Notes under the pieces: model-generated
The model's input: the letters and a program-made list of their open reading frames with translations, nothing else
Told to the model about the DNA's origin: nothing
Database searches by the model: none
Shown: positions 1-10,481 of the stretch, in pieces
How positions within the stretch are numbered: the stretch's first letter is position 1
Layout of the letters: every line of letters starts with the position of its first letter
From: Planctomycetota bacterium
GTDB lineage: Bacteria; Planctomycetota; UBA1135; UBA2386
Length of the DNA stretch: 64,000 nucleotides
Assembly (NCBI GenBank): GCA_965228735.1
Contig: OZ245838.1
Coordinates: 512,001 to 576,000 of the forward strand
Reading direction: 5' to 3'
Program-made: the position numbers and the translations under genes

Positions 1-132
1 TCGGTGGACATCTCAGTCGATGCGCCCGGCCGATGGGCGATGCATTGTCACATCCTCTATCACATGGATGCTGGGATGTTCCGAGTGGTGGAGGTGAGTG
101 AAGCACCCGAGGAGCAGCGACATGGCAAGTAG
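1..132 (+). CDS. copA: Copper-resistance multicopper oxidase, 3' end (partial)
   Basis: Frame 1 reads SVDISVDAPGRWAMHCHILYHMDAGMFRVVEVSE...K*; HCHxxxHxxxxM type-1 Cu motif; overlaps the copB start. Confidence 0.9.
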   Translation, partial: SVDISVDAPGRWAMHCHILYHMDAGMFRVVEVSEAPEEQRHGK

Positions 133-1000
133 CTTCCGCTGTCTCGCTGTTAGCTTCGCGGGTCTCCTTGCGGGCTGCTCATCGATGACGCGGGAGTATC
201 GACATGACTCGCTGCCTCACGAACGCGTGGTTGGCGCTGACGTATCGGCAGCGGCGCAAGGACCGGGGCTGGAGCGAATCGCTTTCGACACGGCAAGACC
301 GTCGACGCCGCAAGGCGAGCGCAGGGATTGGCCGCCCCCAGTCCATGACGCCATGCGTTTCACCTTTCTTCGGGCAGAGCAGCTCGAATATCGCCTGCGC
401 GACGATGGAGTCGATGTTGCCCGCTGGGACGCTCAGGGTTGGCACGGAACTGACTACCACAAGCTCTGGCTGAAGGTCGAGGGCGAGCAGTCGCTCGAGG
501 GGCCATCCGAAGGCGATCTGCAGGTTCAGGCTCTCTACAGTCAGCTTGTCGCGCCGTTCTGGGACTTCCAGGTCGGCGTGCGCTACGACTTGAGCTCGGG
601 GCCCGGGCCGAACCTGGACCGCTGGCTAGGCGTGATCGGCGTGCAGGGATTCGCCCCCTACGAGTTTGAGACGGAGCTTGCGCTCTTCGTCAGCGAGGAC
701 GCCGATGTCTCTGCGCGCCTCACGGCGTCCACGGACTTCCTGATCACGCAGAGGCTGATTCTTCAGCCGCGGTTCGAGACAGAGGCGTCGATTCAGGCAG
801 TGCCCGAGTTTCAGGTCGGGCAAGGCCTGAACGACCTAGAACTGGGCTTGCGTCTGCGCTACGAGTTCCAGCGCGAGTTCGCGCCGTACATCGGAGTCAA
901 CTGGATCCGCAGTCTTGGCGAGACAGAGGACCTGGTCCGCCGGGCTGGTGACAAAGGCCGAGACCTGGCGTTCGTGATCGGTGCTTCGCTGTGGTTCTGA
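122..1000 (+). CDS. copB: Copper resistance protein B (outer membrane)
   Basis: WDAQGWHG, KLWLKVEGE, PFWDFQVGVRYD, GLRLRYEFQREFAPYIG motifs; C-terminal WF; follows copA. Confidence 0.92.
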   Translation: MASSFRCLAVSFAGLLAGCSSMTREYRHDSLPHERVVGADVSAAAQGPGLERIAFDTARPSTPQGERRDWPPPVHDAMRFTFLRAEQLEYRLRDDGVDVARWDAQGWHGTDYHKLWLKVEGEQSLEGPSEGDLQVQALYSQLVAPFWDFQVGVRYDLSSGPGPNLDRWLGVIGVQGFAPYEFETELALFVSEDADVSARLTASTDFLITQRLILQPRFETEASIQAVPEFQVGQGLNDLELGLRLRYEFQREFAPYIGVNWIRSLGETEDLVRRAGDKGRDLAFVIGASLWF

Positions 1001-1154
1001 CTGGCTTCGCTGCTTTTCGCGTTGGGCGTTGGTGCCGACGCGATGCGGCGCCTCGACGCTCCCTTGCATCATGGAGCTGCTGATTTGCCCCGTGCTGTTC
1101 TTCCAGGCCCAAGCGCCTGGCGATGCGCGGGACCTGGCGTGCCGCGGCGCTCGC

Positions 1155-1170
1155 CGGCACGGGTGTTGCT
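1155..1170 (+). promoter_or_regulatory. Sigma-54 (-24/-12) promoter
   Basis: CGGCAC-GGGTG-TTGCT with exact GG-N10-GC spacing, ~130 bp upstream of the 1302 gene. Confidence 0.75.
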
Positions 1171-1301
1171 AGATAGCCCAACGATGCCGTCAGAGTCGAG
1201 GTGATGTCGATGACCGGCGGCGATTCAGTTCTTGGCATCCGTGTCGTGGGCGGCGCAGTGTTGCTCGCTACGGAGGCTTCAACCAGTTGAGAGTGCTGCA
1301 G

Positions 1302-2060
1302 ATGCAATCGACCAGACGTTTCTTTCTTGCCAGTTCCTTGGTGGCTTCGCTGCTTTGCGGCGCAGCTACAGCCCAACACGAAGGCCACAAAGACCATGGC
1401 AAGGGTCACCAGAAACACACCACGGCCCAGACTCGCGTTGGTGACGCCTACCCATTCGATTCCTGCCCGGTATCGGGAAAGAAGCTCGGGACCATGGGGG
1501 ATCCGTTCATCAAGGTCTACGACGGGAGAGAGGTGCGGTACTGCTGCAAGGGGTGCACTGGGAAGTTCGAGAAGGACCTCGCCAAGAGCTTCGCTGAGAT
1601 CGACGCCAAGATCATCGCGGACCAGATTCCGCTCTACCCGCTGAAGACCTCCGTCGTCACTGGTAAGAAACTGCCTGGCAAGTCGACAGATCTTGTCTAC
1701 GGCAATCGGCTGATTCGCCTGGCTTCGCCGAAGGAAAAGGCCGCGTTTGCGAAATCGTCCGCGAAGTTCCTCGAGGCGTTGGACAAGGCCGTCGTGGCGG
1801 CGCAAGGGAAGGACTACGTGCTGTCCGACTGCCCCGTCAGCGGCGAGGAGCTCGGCAGCATGGGCAAGCCGGGAGACCTCGTGGTTGCGGGGCGCCTGAT
1901 CCGGGTGTGCTGCGGTGACTGCTTCGATGCGGTCGAGAAGGCGCCGGCCAAGTACACGGCCATGATCGACCGCGCCATGGCCAAGAAGGGCCACGACCAC
2001 AAGCCGGGTCAGGAGCACAAGAAGGGGCACGACAAGAAGTGTTGCGGAACCCAGTCTTGA
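1302..2060 (+). CDS. Exported YHS/TRASH-repeat metal-binding protein
   Basis: STRRFFL twin-Arg-like signal; two CPVSG...CCxxC repeats; His-rich N- and C-termini. Confidence 0.75.
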   Translation: MQSTRRFFLASSLVASLLCGAATAQHEGHKDHGKGHQKHTTAQTRVGDAYPFDSCPVSGKKLGTMGDPFIKVYDGREVRYCCKGCTGKFEKDLAKSFAEIDAKIIADQIPLYPLKTSVVTGKKLPGKSTDLVYGNRLIRLASPKEKAAFAKSSAKFLEALDKAVVAAQGKDYVLSDCPVSGEELGSMGKPGDLVVAGRLIRVCCGDCFDAVEKAPAKYTAMIDRAMAKKGHDHKPGQEHKKGHDKKCCGTQS

Positions 2061-2076
2061 TTAGAGGAGGTGCAAG

Positions 2077-3039
2077 GTGAACCGCTGGCTCTCACGTTGG
2101 GTGCTCGTGACGATGACGACGCTGGCGCCGCTAGCGGCGCAGGCGCTCGAGCTGCGATCTGGCGAGGTCGTAATCGGCCGCGTCATCGACGTCGACGACA
2201 CGTCAGTCAGGATCAAGGTCAACTACCCGGTTGCGGGTGATCGCACGGTCCCACGCGCAGCCCTGTTACCGCGTTCCGTCTACGACGCGCTGGTCAGCCA
2301 AGCTGACCGGAGCGATGCCGGGGCGCACCTGCGGTTGGCTGAAGAATGCCGGAAGCTGGGCCTTCACGCCCTGGCGATCGCCGAAGCCCGAGAGGCCATG
2401 CAGCTCGATCCGGCGCTTTTGGACAAGGCGACACCTCTGATCGACAGTCTGTTCGAGAAAATCGCCGCGGAGATCGTCGTACGCGCGCGAGATGACTTCG
2501 CCCATGACCACCTCGGCTCCGCGCGATTGGCAGCCAGGATCGTGCTGCGCGATCATGGCGACACGGCGGCCGCCCGTGAAGCGCAGGAGCTGCTCGCGAA
2601 GATCGCGGCCCGGAGTCCGCAGAAGCCCCGACGCGCGTCTGCGAGAGCGATCGAGGCCGCGATCGACAAGGCGCAACGAACACTGGAGCGCACGGCCAAG
2701 GACCTCGACGCGCCGTCTCACGCCGACATGCGAGATCAGCGGGCGCTGCAGCGGGGAGTTGCTCGGCTCGAGAAGGTCTGGCAGTCGTTCGCGAGGCTCA
2801 TGGCGCCGGACGCCGATGTAGCCCTCACCGACAGGCTAGCGACCGCGCAGGCTGCCATGCGGGCGCGGTTGACCGAAGCATACCTCGCTCTCGGAACCCT
2901 TCACCTGGAGCGGCTGGCCCTCACCGATGCCGACGAGTGGTGCAACAAGGCCTGCAAGTTGGATCCGGAGAACGCGCATCTGCATCGGCTTCACGCGTTG
3001 ATTCTCCAGGCCAAGATCGTCAGCGGTTGGTGGTACTGA
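2077..3039 (+). CDS. Secreted hypothetical protein with TPR-like C-terminus (paralogue of 8453-9433)
   Basis: RBS GAGGAGG, signal peptide, strong similarity to the 8453 protein. Confidence 0.75.
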   Translation: MNRWLSRWVLVTMTTLAPLAAQALELRSGEVVIGRVIDVDDTSVRIKVNYPVAGDRTVPRAALLPRSVYDALVSQADRSDAGAHLRLAEECRKLGLHALAIAEAREAMQLDPALLDKATPLIDSLFEKIAAEIVVRARDDFAHDHLGSARLAARIVLRDHGDTAAAREAQELLAKIAARSPQKPRRASARAIEAAIDKAQRTLERTAKDLDAPSHADMRDQRALQRGVARLEKVWQSFARLMAPDADVALTDRLATAQAAMRARLTEAYLALGTLHLERLALTDADEWCNKACKLDPENAHLHRLHALILQAKIVSGWWY

Positions 3040-3068
3040 TTGCAATCCCCCTGCTCACGGACAGAACC

Positions 3069-4091
3069 ATGCGCAAGTACTCCCTGGTGTCGTTGCTGCC
3101 GTTCGCGGTGGGGCTGCCGGGCCAGGACCTGGCGGATGTCTTCGCGAAGGTGTCGCCGGCCGTCGTGACCGTCGAGGTCGTCGTGTCGACGTTCGATGGG
3201 CCTTCCCGCGACAAGCCCAAGGCGCGCGTGGGTTCGGGAGTGCTGATCGACGAGGGCACGATTCTGACCGCATGGCACCTCGTGGACCTGGCCCACGTTG
3301 TGGCCGTGGAGTTTGCGGAAGGGAGCAGGCTGCTGGCGACGGTCGATGCGACGGCGCCAGCAGCCGACCTGGCGCTGCTCTGCATCGAGGGTGAACTGCC
3401 GGATGGCGTCAAGCCGGGTGAACTCGGCAACTCGGACGGTGTGCGTGTCGGCAACCAGGTGTTCGCGGTTGGCGCACCGCTGGGGATGCCGCGTACGTTG
3501 ACGGCGGGGCACGTCAGTGCGCGGCGGCGACACGAGCGGTTTCTCGGGAGCATGCGGCATGTCGAACATCTTCAGACCGATGCGGCGATCAACCCTGGGA
3601 ACTCCGGCGGACCGTTGTTCGATTCCCACGGGCGGGTGATCGGAATCATCTGCCACATCGCCAATCACGCGAAGGGCGCGGAGGGGATCGGCTTCGCGGT
3701 GACGTCGAATGCCGCTCGGGACCTGCTGATCGCGCATCGCGCGTCCTGGCTCGGCTTCGACGGGGTGCAGTTGCCGAACGCACTGGCACGGGCTCTCAAC
3801 GTGCCGGGTGGAAGAGTCGGCGTACTCGTCACGCGCGTTGCCCAATCAACGCCCGCGAGCGCCGCGGGCCTTCGCGCGGGTCAGATCCCGGTGGCCGTGG
3901 AAGGAGAGAGGATTCTGCTCGGCGGCGACATCGTGCTCGAGATCCTCGGCCACTCACTGGAGACGGACGGGCAGTCGAAGGCTGCGCGGGCTGCGGCAGC
4001 CGCTCTGAAGCCGGGGGACAAGGTCGAGTTCACCGTCCTGCGTGCGGGGAAGGTCGAGCGGCTGAGCGCGCGGCTGCGGCGATCGCCATGA
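3069..4091 (+). CDS. HtrA/DegP-like serine protease with PDZ domain
   Basis: GSG, TAWH, DLALL, QTDAAINPGNSGGPL; C-terminal PDZ. Confidence 0.92.
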   Translation: MRKYSLVSLLPFAVGLPGQDLADVFAKVSPAVVTVEVVVSTFDGPSRDKPKARVGSGVLIDEGTILTAWHLVDLAHVVAVEFAEGSRLLATVDATAPAADLALLCIEGELPDGVKPGELGNSDGVRVGNQVFAVGAPLGMPRTLTAGHVSARRRHERFLGSMRHVEHLQTDAAINPGNSGGPLFDSHGRVIGIICHIANHAKGAEGIGFAVTSNAARDLLIAHRASWLGFDGVQLPNALARALNVPGGRVGVLVTRVAQSTPASAAGLRAGQIPVAVEGERILLGGDIVLEILGHSLETDGQSKAARAAAAALKPGDKVEFTVLRAGKVERLSARLRRSP

Positions 4092-4813
4092 CGAGAGCGG
4101 CGGCACCGCAAGGCCGATACGGCTGGCTCGCCGGATCGCTGATCCTGCTGGCGGCTGCTTACCCCACGCTCGCGAACGGGCCGTTCGGACAGCTTGTTTG
4201 GACGGTCGTCTTCTGGTTCGTGTTGCTCGCGTGCGTGTGGGCGATCGGGCCGCGGTCGCCGGCGAGGCTCGCCGTTCGCGTGCTGGGTGTCGCTGCGCTC
4301 GTAGGCAGCGTGGCCAGTCTCTGGTGCTTTGGCGCCACCGATAGCGGGCATGGGTTCGCCTACGCGATTCTTCACGGTCTGTCGCTGGTGCTCCTCGGAC
4401 TCACTACGGCGGCAACGCTCCGGGATGTGTTCGGACACCAGCGCGTGACGGGGCGCACACTCGCGGGGGCGGCTTGTGGCTACGTGCTGATCGGGTTGAC
4501 ATTCGCTTTCGCGATGCTCGTTCTCCACAGCGCCAGCGTCGAGACTTTGGCTGTAGGCCAGGGCGAGGCCGAGGCAGCGACGGGCGTGCGTGTGATAGCC
4601 AGCTACCTCTACTTCAGCTTCGTCACGCTCAGCACGCTCGGCTACGGCGATGTTGTCCCGCAATCTTCGACGGGAGAGGTGATCGCGCCGGCAGAGGCGA
4701 TCGTCGGTCAGCTCTATCTCGCCGTGTTCATCGGGCGACTGATCGCCATGCATGTCTCGCATCGCGGTCGGTGCCCGCGTTGTGGTGTCGTGGGAGATGG
4801 TCCAGACCCGTGA
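4088..4813 (+). CDS. Potassium channel family protein
   Basis: YFSFVTLSTLGYGD selectivity filter; several TM helices; ATGA overlap with the protease gene. Confidence 0.88.
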   Translation: MTRAAAPQGRYGWLAGSLILLAAAYPTLANGPFGQLVWTVVFWFVLLACVWAIGPRSPARLAVRVLGVAALVGSVASLWCFGATDSGHGFAYAILHGLSLVLLGLTTAATLRDVFGHQRVTGRTLAGAACGYVLIGLTFAFAMLVLHSASVETLAVGQGEAEAATGVRVIASYLYFSFVTLSTLGYGDVVPQSSTGEVIAPAEAIVGQLYLAVFIGRLIAMHVSHRGRCPRCGVVGDGPDP

Positions 4814-6181
4814 TCACCGCAGCTCGTAGTCGACGATCTTCTTTCGCAGAGTGGTCGGTGAGATCTCCAGGAGCTGGGCTGTCCTGGTGATGTTCCAGCC
4901 GGTGTGGTCCAGGGCATGCTTGACGTGGTCCCTTTCGACTTCCCAGAGCTTCTTGACCGGGCTCTCATCGGCGCTCGGTGAGGGTGGCCGCCGGGTGACC
5001 TGCAGATCCACCTCCTCGATCACGTCGCCGCGAGCCAGCGCGACGGCTCGCGTCAGCACGTTCTCCAGCTCGCGCACGTTGCCGGGCCACGAATGGTGTT
5101 CCAGGGTCTGGAGTGCCGATTCGGTGATGGTAGCGACCTTGCTTTCGAGTCGACGGCAGATTCGGTGCAACAGGTGGATCGCCAACAGCCGAATGTCGCC
5201 GCGGCGATCGCGGAGCGCCGGGATCTCGAGGCGCGCAACCGACAGTCGGTAGAGCAGATCCTCCCGGAACTCCTTGTTGGTGACCATCTCGTCGAGGTTG
5301 CGATGTGATGCAGCGAGGACTCGTGCCTCGAACTTGACGCTCTGGTTGCCACCGACACGCTCGAAGCTGCGGTCCTGCAATGCGCGCAGCAGCTTGGCCT
5401 GCAGCTCCAGCGGCATGTCGCCGATTTCGTCGAGGAAGACGGTCCCGCCGCCGGCCTGTTCGAGTCGCCCGATCTTGCGGGCATCTGCACCGGTGAACGC
5501 GCCCTTCTCGTGCCCGAACAGCTCGCTCTCCAGCAGGGTCGGCACGATTGCCGCCGAATTGATGGCGACGAACGGCTGTGATGGCGATGACGCGTTGTGG
5601 ATCGCGCGGGCTACGAGGTCCTTGCCGGTGCCGCTCTCGCCCTGGATCAGGACCGTGATCTTGCTGCGGGAGAGCAGGCCGACCTGCTGGAGCAGGTCGA
5701 GCACCCGCCGATCCTTGCCGACGATCTCGTGCGGCTGATCGGACCCGGCCTCGATCCGAACGAGATCCTGGCGCTGGTGTCGAGGCCTTCGTTGGCGAAG
5801 GTGCTGCTTGCACTTCTCGACCGCGACGAGCACGTCTTCGATCGCGAGCGGCTTGCGGACGTAGTCGAGCGCACCGATCTGGATCGCCTCGATCATGGAC
5901 TTCATGTCCTGGACACCTGTGATCATCACGGTGGCGGGCGGCGCATCGAGGCCCTGGAGTGCGCGCAAGATCCGCAGGCCGCTCTGATCCGGCAGGCGTA
6001 GGTCGAGAAACAGCATGTCGAACACGCCGCCATCGCCGACGAGTTGAAGCGCTTCGTCGCCGCGGGTGCAGGTCTTGACCTCGTGGCCGTGCTCTTCGAG
6101 CTGGATCTGCAGTGAGCGCCCCAGCGCCGCGTCATCGTCGACTGCGAGGATTCGGAGTGCGTTACGGTTGCTGTGGCTCAT
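4814..6181 (-). CDS. Sigma-54-dependent response regulator (NtrC/ZraR family)
   Basis: Receiver domain, GESGTGK, GAFTGA, WPGNVREL, Fis-type HTH. Confidence 0.95.
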   Translation of the reverse strand: MSHSNRNALRILAVDDDAALGRSLQIQLEEHGHEVKTCTRGDEALQLVGDGGVFDMLFLDLRLPDQSGLRILRALQGLDAPPATVMITGVQDMKSMIEAIQIGALDYVRKPLAIEDVLVAVEKCKQHLRQRRPRHQRQDLVRIEAGSDQPHEIVGKDRRVLDLLQQVGLLSRSKITVLIQGESGTGKDLVARAIHNASSPSQPFVAINSAAIVPTLLESELFGHEKGAFTGADARKIGRLEQAGGGTVFLDEIGDMPLELQAKLLRALQDRSFERVGGNQSVKFEARVLAASHRNLDEMVTNKEFREDLLYRLSVARLEIPALRDRRGDIRLLAIHLLHRICRRLESKVATITESALQTLEHHSWPGNVRELENVLTRAVALARGDVIEEVDLQVTRRPPSPSADESPVKKLWEVERDHVKHALDHTGWNITRTAQLLEISPTTLRKKIVDYELR

Positions 6182-8024
6182 AGGGCAGATCGATTCGGAA
6201 CACCGCGCCGGTCTCTTGGCGTGTCGAGTCCGCACGGTTCGAGGCGCTCACCCTACCACCGTGGTATTCGACGATCTTGCGGACGATCGCGAGTCCTAGT
6301 CCGGTCCCGTCTTCCCGCGTGGTGAAGAACGGTTGGAACAGCCGCTCGAGGTTGTCGTCGGAGACGCCTGGGCCGTTGTCTGTGACCTCGAGCCGGACAA
6401 GGCGCCGGGCGTGGTCGAGGTGTGTGACGACGACGACTTCTCCACCATCTCCAGTCGCCTGCATGGCGTTCTGGAAGAGATTGACCAAGGCCTGCTGGAA
6501 ACGCTCGGGATCGATGCGCGCGCGGATGGCGGTATCGATCTCCTGGAGCTGAAAGCGACAGCGCTTGTCGGCAGCCTGCTCCGCTACCGCTTCCAGCGCG
6601 TCGATCACGGTTTCGCGCAGTGGGGCAACCCGGAAGTTCATCGCGAGTGGTCGGCTGAGCGACAGTAGATCGCTGAACATCCGCTCGAGGCGGTGCACCT
6701 GGGCCTGCGCGATGTCAGCGAGTTCTTCATGGCGGGGGTCGCCGTCGAGCTTGGTACGTATGGCCTGCAGGTTGAGCTTGATCGAGGACAGCGGGTTGCG
6801 CATCTCGTGGACGACCGCCGAACTCATCTCTCCCATGGCGGCCAACGTTTCACTCTGGACGACGCGTTGCCGTGCGCCGGCCAGCTTGTCGAGCATGTCG
6901 TTCAGCGCCGTGCCGACGGCATTCACTTCGGATTGGGAGGCGGGTTCGGCTCTCGCGTTGTGGTCGCCTCTCGCGACGAGATTGGCGACTTCGGCGAGCT
7001 GTTGCAGCGGGGTTGTCATGGTCCGCACACTCCGAAGCGCCAGGAAGATGACGATGATGGCCACGATCAGGGCCGTGAAGGCGGCCCGCCATCCCAGTTC
7101 CGGCAGCCACGCGAGGGCCACCTCGGCGTCTTGCTCCATCAGCAGGATCCAGTCCATTCCCGGGATCGAGGCGAACCCGCCGACTACCTCGCGATCGCTG
7201 GCATCGCGGTACACGGCGGCGCCGGTTTCGCCGTCGGCGGCGCGACGGAATCCCTCGGTATCAACGCGCTCGCTGAGGGCGGCTCCAGATCGGGCAGGGT
7301 TGGCCTCCGTCAACATCAAGCCGTCCGTCGAGACGAGGTAGCACCGGTAGGCCGGGGTCGGGGTTCCACCTCTGAGGACCGCGGTGAGGGCCTTCTGATC
7401 GAGAGCGGTGAGAACGTAGCCCGCGGACGCTCGTTCGGCGTCGAGAACCACCGCGCCGAAATGGATGCCGAGCTCGCCGTCTTCGTGGCGGTGGATGCGT
7501 CCCACGGCGGGGCCCGTCGCAGCCTGCACGGCTTGCTTGATATCCGAGCGCTCGAAGTCGTCGAGGCCGTGCTCCTCCGTGCCCGCGGCTGCGAGCTCGC
7601 GCCATCGTGGGTCGTACAGCCCGATCGCCTCGTAGGTCCCGTACTTCGTCGCGAACAACCTCAGGAACTCCGATGTTGTCGCGGCGGTCGGGCTGTTCTC
7701 GTGCTCGGCTCGGCTCTCCTGGCGCACGGTCGGGCAGCTTGCCAGGAACGCGGCATCGGCCAGGCGCTCGGAAAGCCATAGCTCGAGTCGCTGCCGGGAG
7801 GCGTCGGTGAGTTCCGCCAGCCGTTCGGTGGCGCTGTCGAGCACGGCCTCGCGGGCGCAGTGATACCCCTGGCTTGCCAGGAGAATCATGGGTACGAGCG
7901 CGATCAGCAGCGACCACAGCAGTACGTGGCGTTTGAGTGAATCTCGAGGCGTTTGCTCGGTCGGGGCCGGAGGTGACCCGATCGAGTCCGGTGACACGCG
8001 ACTAGTTTCTGGTGAGCCGGCCAT
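6162..8024 (-). CDS. Sensor histidine kinase (periplasmic Cache-like, HAMP, HisKA, HATPase)
   Basis: HEMRNPL, NLFQNA, DNGPG, GTGLGL; two TM segments. Confidence 0.95.
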   Translation of the reverse strand: MAGSPETSRVSPDSIGSPPAPTEQTPRDSLKRHVLLWSLLIALVPMILLASQGYHCAREAVLDSATERLAELTDASRQRLELWLSERLADAAFLASCPTVRQESRAEHENSPTAATTSEFLRLFATKYGTYEAIGLYDPRWRELAAAGTEEHGLDDFERSDIKQAVQAATGPAVGRIHRHEDGELGIHFGAVVLDAERASAGYVLTALDQKALTAVLRGGTPTPAYRCYLVSTDGLMLTEANPARSGAALSERVDTEGFRRAADGETGAAVYRDASDREVVGGFASIPGMDWILLMEQDAEVALAWLPELGWRAAFTALIVAIIVIFLALRSVRTMTTPLQQLAEVANLVARGDHNARAEPASQSEVNAVGTALNDMLDKLAGARQRVVQSETLAAMGEMSSAVVHEMRNPLSSIKLNLQAIRTKLDGDPRHEELADIAQAQVHRLERMFSDLLSLSRPLAMNFRVAPLRETVIDALEAVAEQAADKRCRFQLQEIDTAIRARIDPERFQQALVNLFQNAMQATGDGGEVVVVTHLDHARRLVRLEVTDNGPGVSDDNLERLFQPFFTTREDGTGLGLAIVRKIVEYHGGRVSASNRADSTRQETGAVFRIDLPYEPQQP

Positions 8025-8294
8025 CAGGATCTGGTGTTGTACGCCGACGGAAACTCCCTTCCGGAGTGGGGGAGAGCATGTCGACTGTCTGGCAGCCTAC
8101 CGCGCGAGTCACCTACTGCCGGCCGCCGGGATGCGTCGAGTGCCGGTCCATTGCCGGGCGATGTGCGCAAGTTCGCCCATCTCCTGTTCGCAGGTCGGGC
8201 TGAGAACGGCAGGAAGGCGGTTGGCACGGGTTGCATTGGGTCTCTGGACAGGGCGGAGCAACTCGAGTGCCGGGTTTCACGGCAGGCTGGCCAT

Positions 8295-8310
8295 CGGCAC
8301 GGATGTTGCC
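8295..8310 (+). promoter_or_regulatory. Sigma-54 (-24/-12) promoter
   Basis: CGGCAC-GGATG-TTGCC in the divergent gap between the kinase and the large operon. Confidence 0.72.
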
Positions 8311-8452
8311 CCTGTTGGTTGTTCCGAAGCTGATCCACCGTCATCGACATGAACCGTCCAACCCGAAGAAGTCTCGCTCAGTTCGCCTTGTTCGTGGGCC
8401 TTGCCATTGCACTGGCTGCCTGCTCCGGGTGCCACTGATGAAGGAGCCCAAG

Positions 8453-9433
8453 ATGAAATCCATGTTCCCGTTCCTGCTCGTAGGCGTGCTTTTCGCGATC
8501 CCGTGCGGCGCCCAGGGCATCACACTCAAGTCGGGAGAGGTGGTCATCGGTCGCGTCGTCGATGTGGACGACACGACGCTCAAAGTGGCAGTCACGTTCC
8601 CGAAGTTGGAGGTTCGCGAGCTGCCCAGAGCAGACGTCGCGCCACGCTCGATCTACTCCGTTCTCGCGTCTCGCATCGACCGAGACAGCGGCAAGGCACA
8701 TCTCGACCTTGCCGGGACCTGTGACGAGCTCGGCCTGTTTGCGTTCGGCATCGCCGAGGCCCGGGAGGCCGCGGCGCTGGATCCGTCGCTGGCCCCCAAA
8801 GCGAGGCGGATGGAGCGGGAGTTCCGCGAGAAGATCGCGATGCAGATCCTGCGCGCCGCGGAAGCCGACTTTGTCGATGGCCGTCTCGGGGCGGCGGAGC
8901 GCACCGTCCATGCGATCGTTCGCGACTACGCAGACACCAGCGTGGTCTCGGAGGCACGCAAGCTCGCCAAGAAGATCGTGCGCCGCAAGAACCCGGCGGC
9001 CCGCGAGGCGTCCGCCAGGGAGATCGACGCAGCCGTCAAGAAGACCCGGCGAGCTCTCGAGATCGCGGCCAAGGACCTGGACGTGCCCGTTCACGGCCGG
9101 ATGCGCCATCAGCGTGCGCTGCAGCAGGCCATCAGGCGGCTCGAGAAGGTGTGGAAGGAAGTCGGTGACCTCGTCGGACCGCCGACCGAGCCCGTGTCCA
9201 CGACGTCGGCAGTATCGCCGACCGAGCGACTCGCCGCAGCGCAGTCGGATCTGCGCAAGCGCCTCACGGCAGCCTACCTCGCGCTCGGCACGATCTACCT
9301 CGAGCGGCGCGCTTTGCCCGATGCCGACGAGTGGTGCAACAAGGCGTGTGACCTCGATCCCGAGAACAAGCGTTCCCACGCGCTGCACACGTTGATCCTG
9401 CAAGCCAAGATCGTCAATGGTTGGGGCTACTGA
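8453..9433 (+). CDS. Secreted hypothetical protein with TPR-like C-terminus (paralogue of 2077-3039)
   Basis: RBS AAGGAG, signal peptide, shared SGEVVIGRV.DVDDT and ADEWCNKAC.LDPEN blocks. Confidence 0.75.
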   Translation: MKSMFPFLLVGVLFAIPCGAQGITLKSGEVVIGRVVDVDDTTLKVAVTFPKLEVRELPRADVAPRSIYSVLASRIDRDSGKAHLDLAGTCDELGLFAFGIAEAREAAALDPSLAPKARRMEREFREKIAMQILRAAEADFVDGRLGAAERTVHAIVRDYADTSVVSEARKLAKKIVRRKNPAAREASAREIDAAVKKTRRALEIAAKDLDVPVHGRMRHQRALQQAIRRLEKVWKEVGDLVGPPTEPVSTTSAVSPTERLAAAQSDLRKRLTAAYLALGTIYLERRALPDADEWCNKACDLDPENKRSHALHTLILQAKIVNGWGY

Positions 9434-9458
9434 TCGCGACTACCTCCGGGAGCGGACC

Positions 9459-10454
9459 GTGACACGCTACTCTTTCACTACATCGACACGCGCCGGCGAG
9501 GGAAAGATCCGCCTGCGCCGCGGGGATCCGAGTCGCCACTGGGTCGTCGTGCTTGCTGGTGGCAACGGATCGCGACTCGGGGCGCTGACCTCGGACGGCA
9601 TGGGGTGGTCTCTCCCGAAGCAGTACTGTTCGCTCTTCGGCGGGCGCTCACTGCTCGGCGATGCGCTTGCCCGGGCCGAACGTCTCACGGACCGCAGCCG
9701 CGTGTTGACGGTCGTGGCGAGTCAGCACGAGCCATTCTGGCGGCGTGACCTCGGTGGCCGCGAGACCGGCAACCTCATCGCGCAGCCGCGCGACCGGGGC
9801 ACCGCGGCGGGCATCCTGCTGCCGCTGCTTTCGATCCTCGCTCGGGACCCCGACGCGCACGTCACCGTGATGCCGTCGGACCACTACGTCGCGGACGAGG
9901 ATGGCCTGGCACGATCGGTTCGCTCGGCCCAGAGTGTCGCCGACGCATCACCGGAGCGGGTGATTCTCGTGGGTATCGATCCCGACCGGCCCGAGACGGA
10001 CTACGGTTGGATCCTGCCCGGCCAGCGCGATGGTGGAGCTTGGCGTGTGACCCGCTTCGTCGAGAAGCCGAGCCGCAAAGAGGCCGTCGAGCTGATGCGG
10101 CGCGGGGCGGTCTGGAACGCCTTTCTCATGACGGGTGCGGCTCGCGCCGTGTTGCAACTCTATGTCGAGCGCTTGCCGCAGCTGCTCGCAGCGTTTCGCG
10201 GTGCCGACGTGACCGTCGCCAAGGACTGCCTGGCACAGTTGTACGAGACCCTCCCGTCGGTGGATTTCTGCCGTGACCTGTTGGCCGGGGCGGAAACCCG
10301 CCTCGGGCTCGTGGTTGCTCGCCGGTGTGGCTGGACCGACCTCGGTACGCCGGCCCGCGTCGCCAGGTGCGCCGAGGCAAACGACCATCCGGTGCCGGCG
10401 GGCGACAGTCTGGTGGCTGCCGCGCTGCGCGCCGGTTCGCCTGAAGTGGGCTGA
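9459..10454 (+). CDS. Sugar-phosphate nucleotidyltransferase (mannose-1-P guanylyltransferase-like)
   Basis: LAGGNGSRL, PKQY, RGTAAG, PSDH, YGWI, FVEKP, WTDLGT. Confidence 0.88.
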   Translation: MTRYSFTTSTRAGEGKIRLRRGDPSRHWVVVLAGGNGSRLGALTSDGMGWSLPKQYCSLFGGRSLLGDALARAERLTDRSRVLTVVASQHEPFWRRDLGGRETGNLIAQPRDRGTAAGILLPLLSILARDPDAHVTVMPSDHYVADEDGLARSVRSAQSVADASPERVILVGIDPDRPETDYGWILPGQRDGGAWRVTRFVEKPSRKEAVELMRRGAVWNAFLMTGAARAVLQLYVERLPQLLAAFRGADVTVAKDCLAQLYETLPSVDFCRDLLAGAETRLGLVVARRCGWTDLGTPARVARCAEANDHPVPAGDSLVAAALRAGSPEVG

Positions 10455-10481
10455 GCCCGTGGAATGAAAAGAGAGGAGAAC

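Noticed and set aside
8221..8235. Sigma-54 promoter TTGGCACGGGTTGCA
   Set aside because: GG-to-GC spacing is 2 bp too short; the site at 8295 fits exactly
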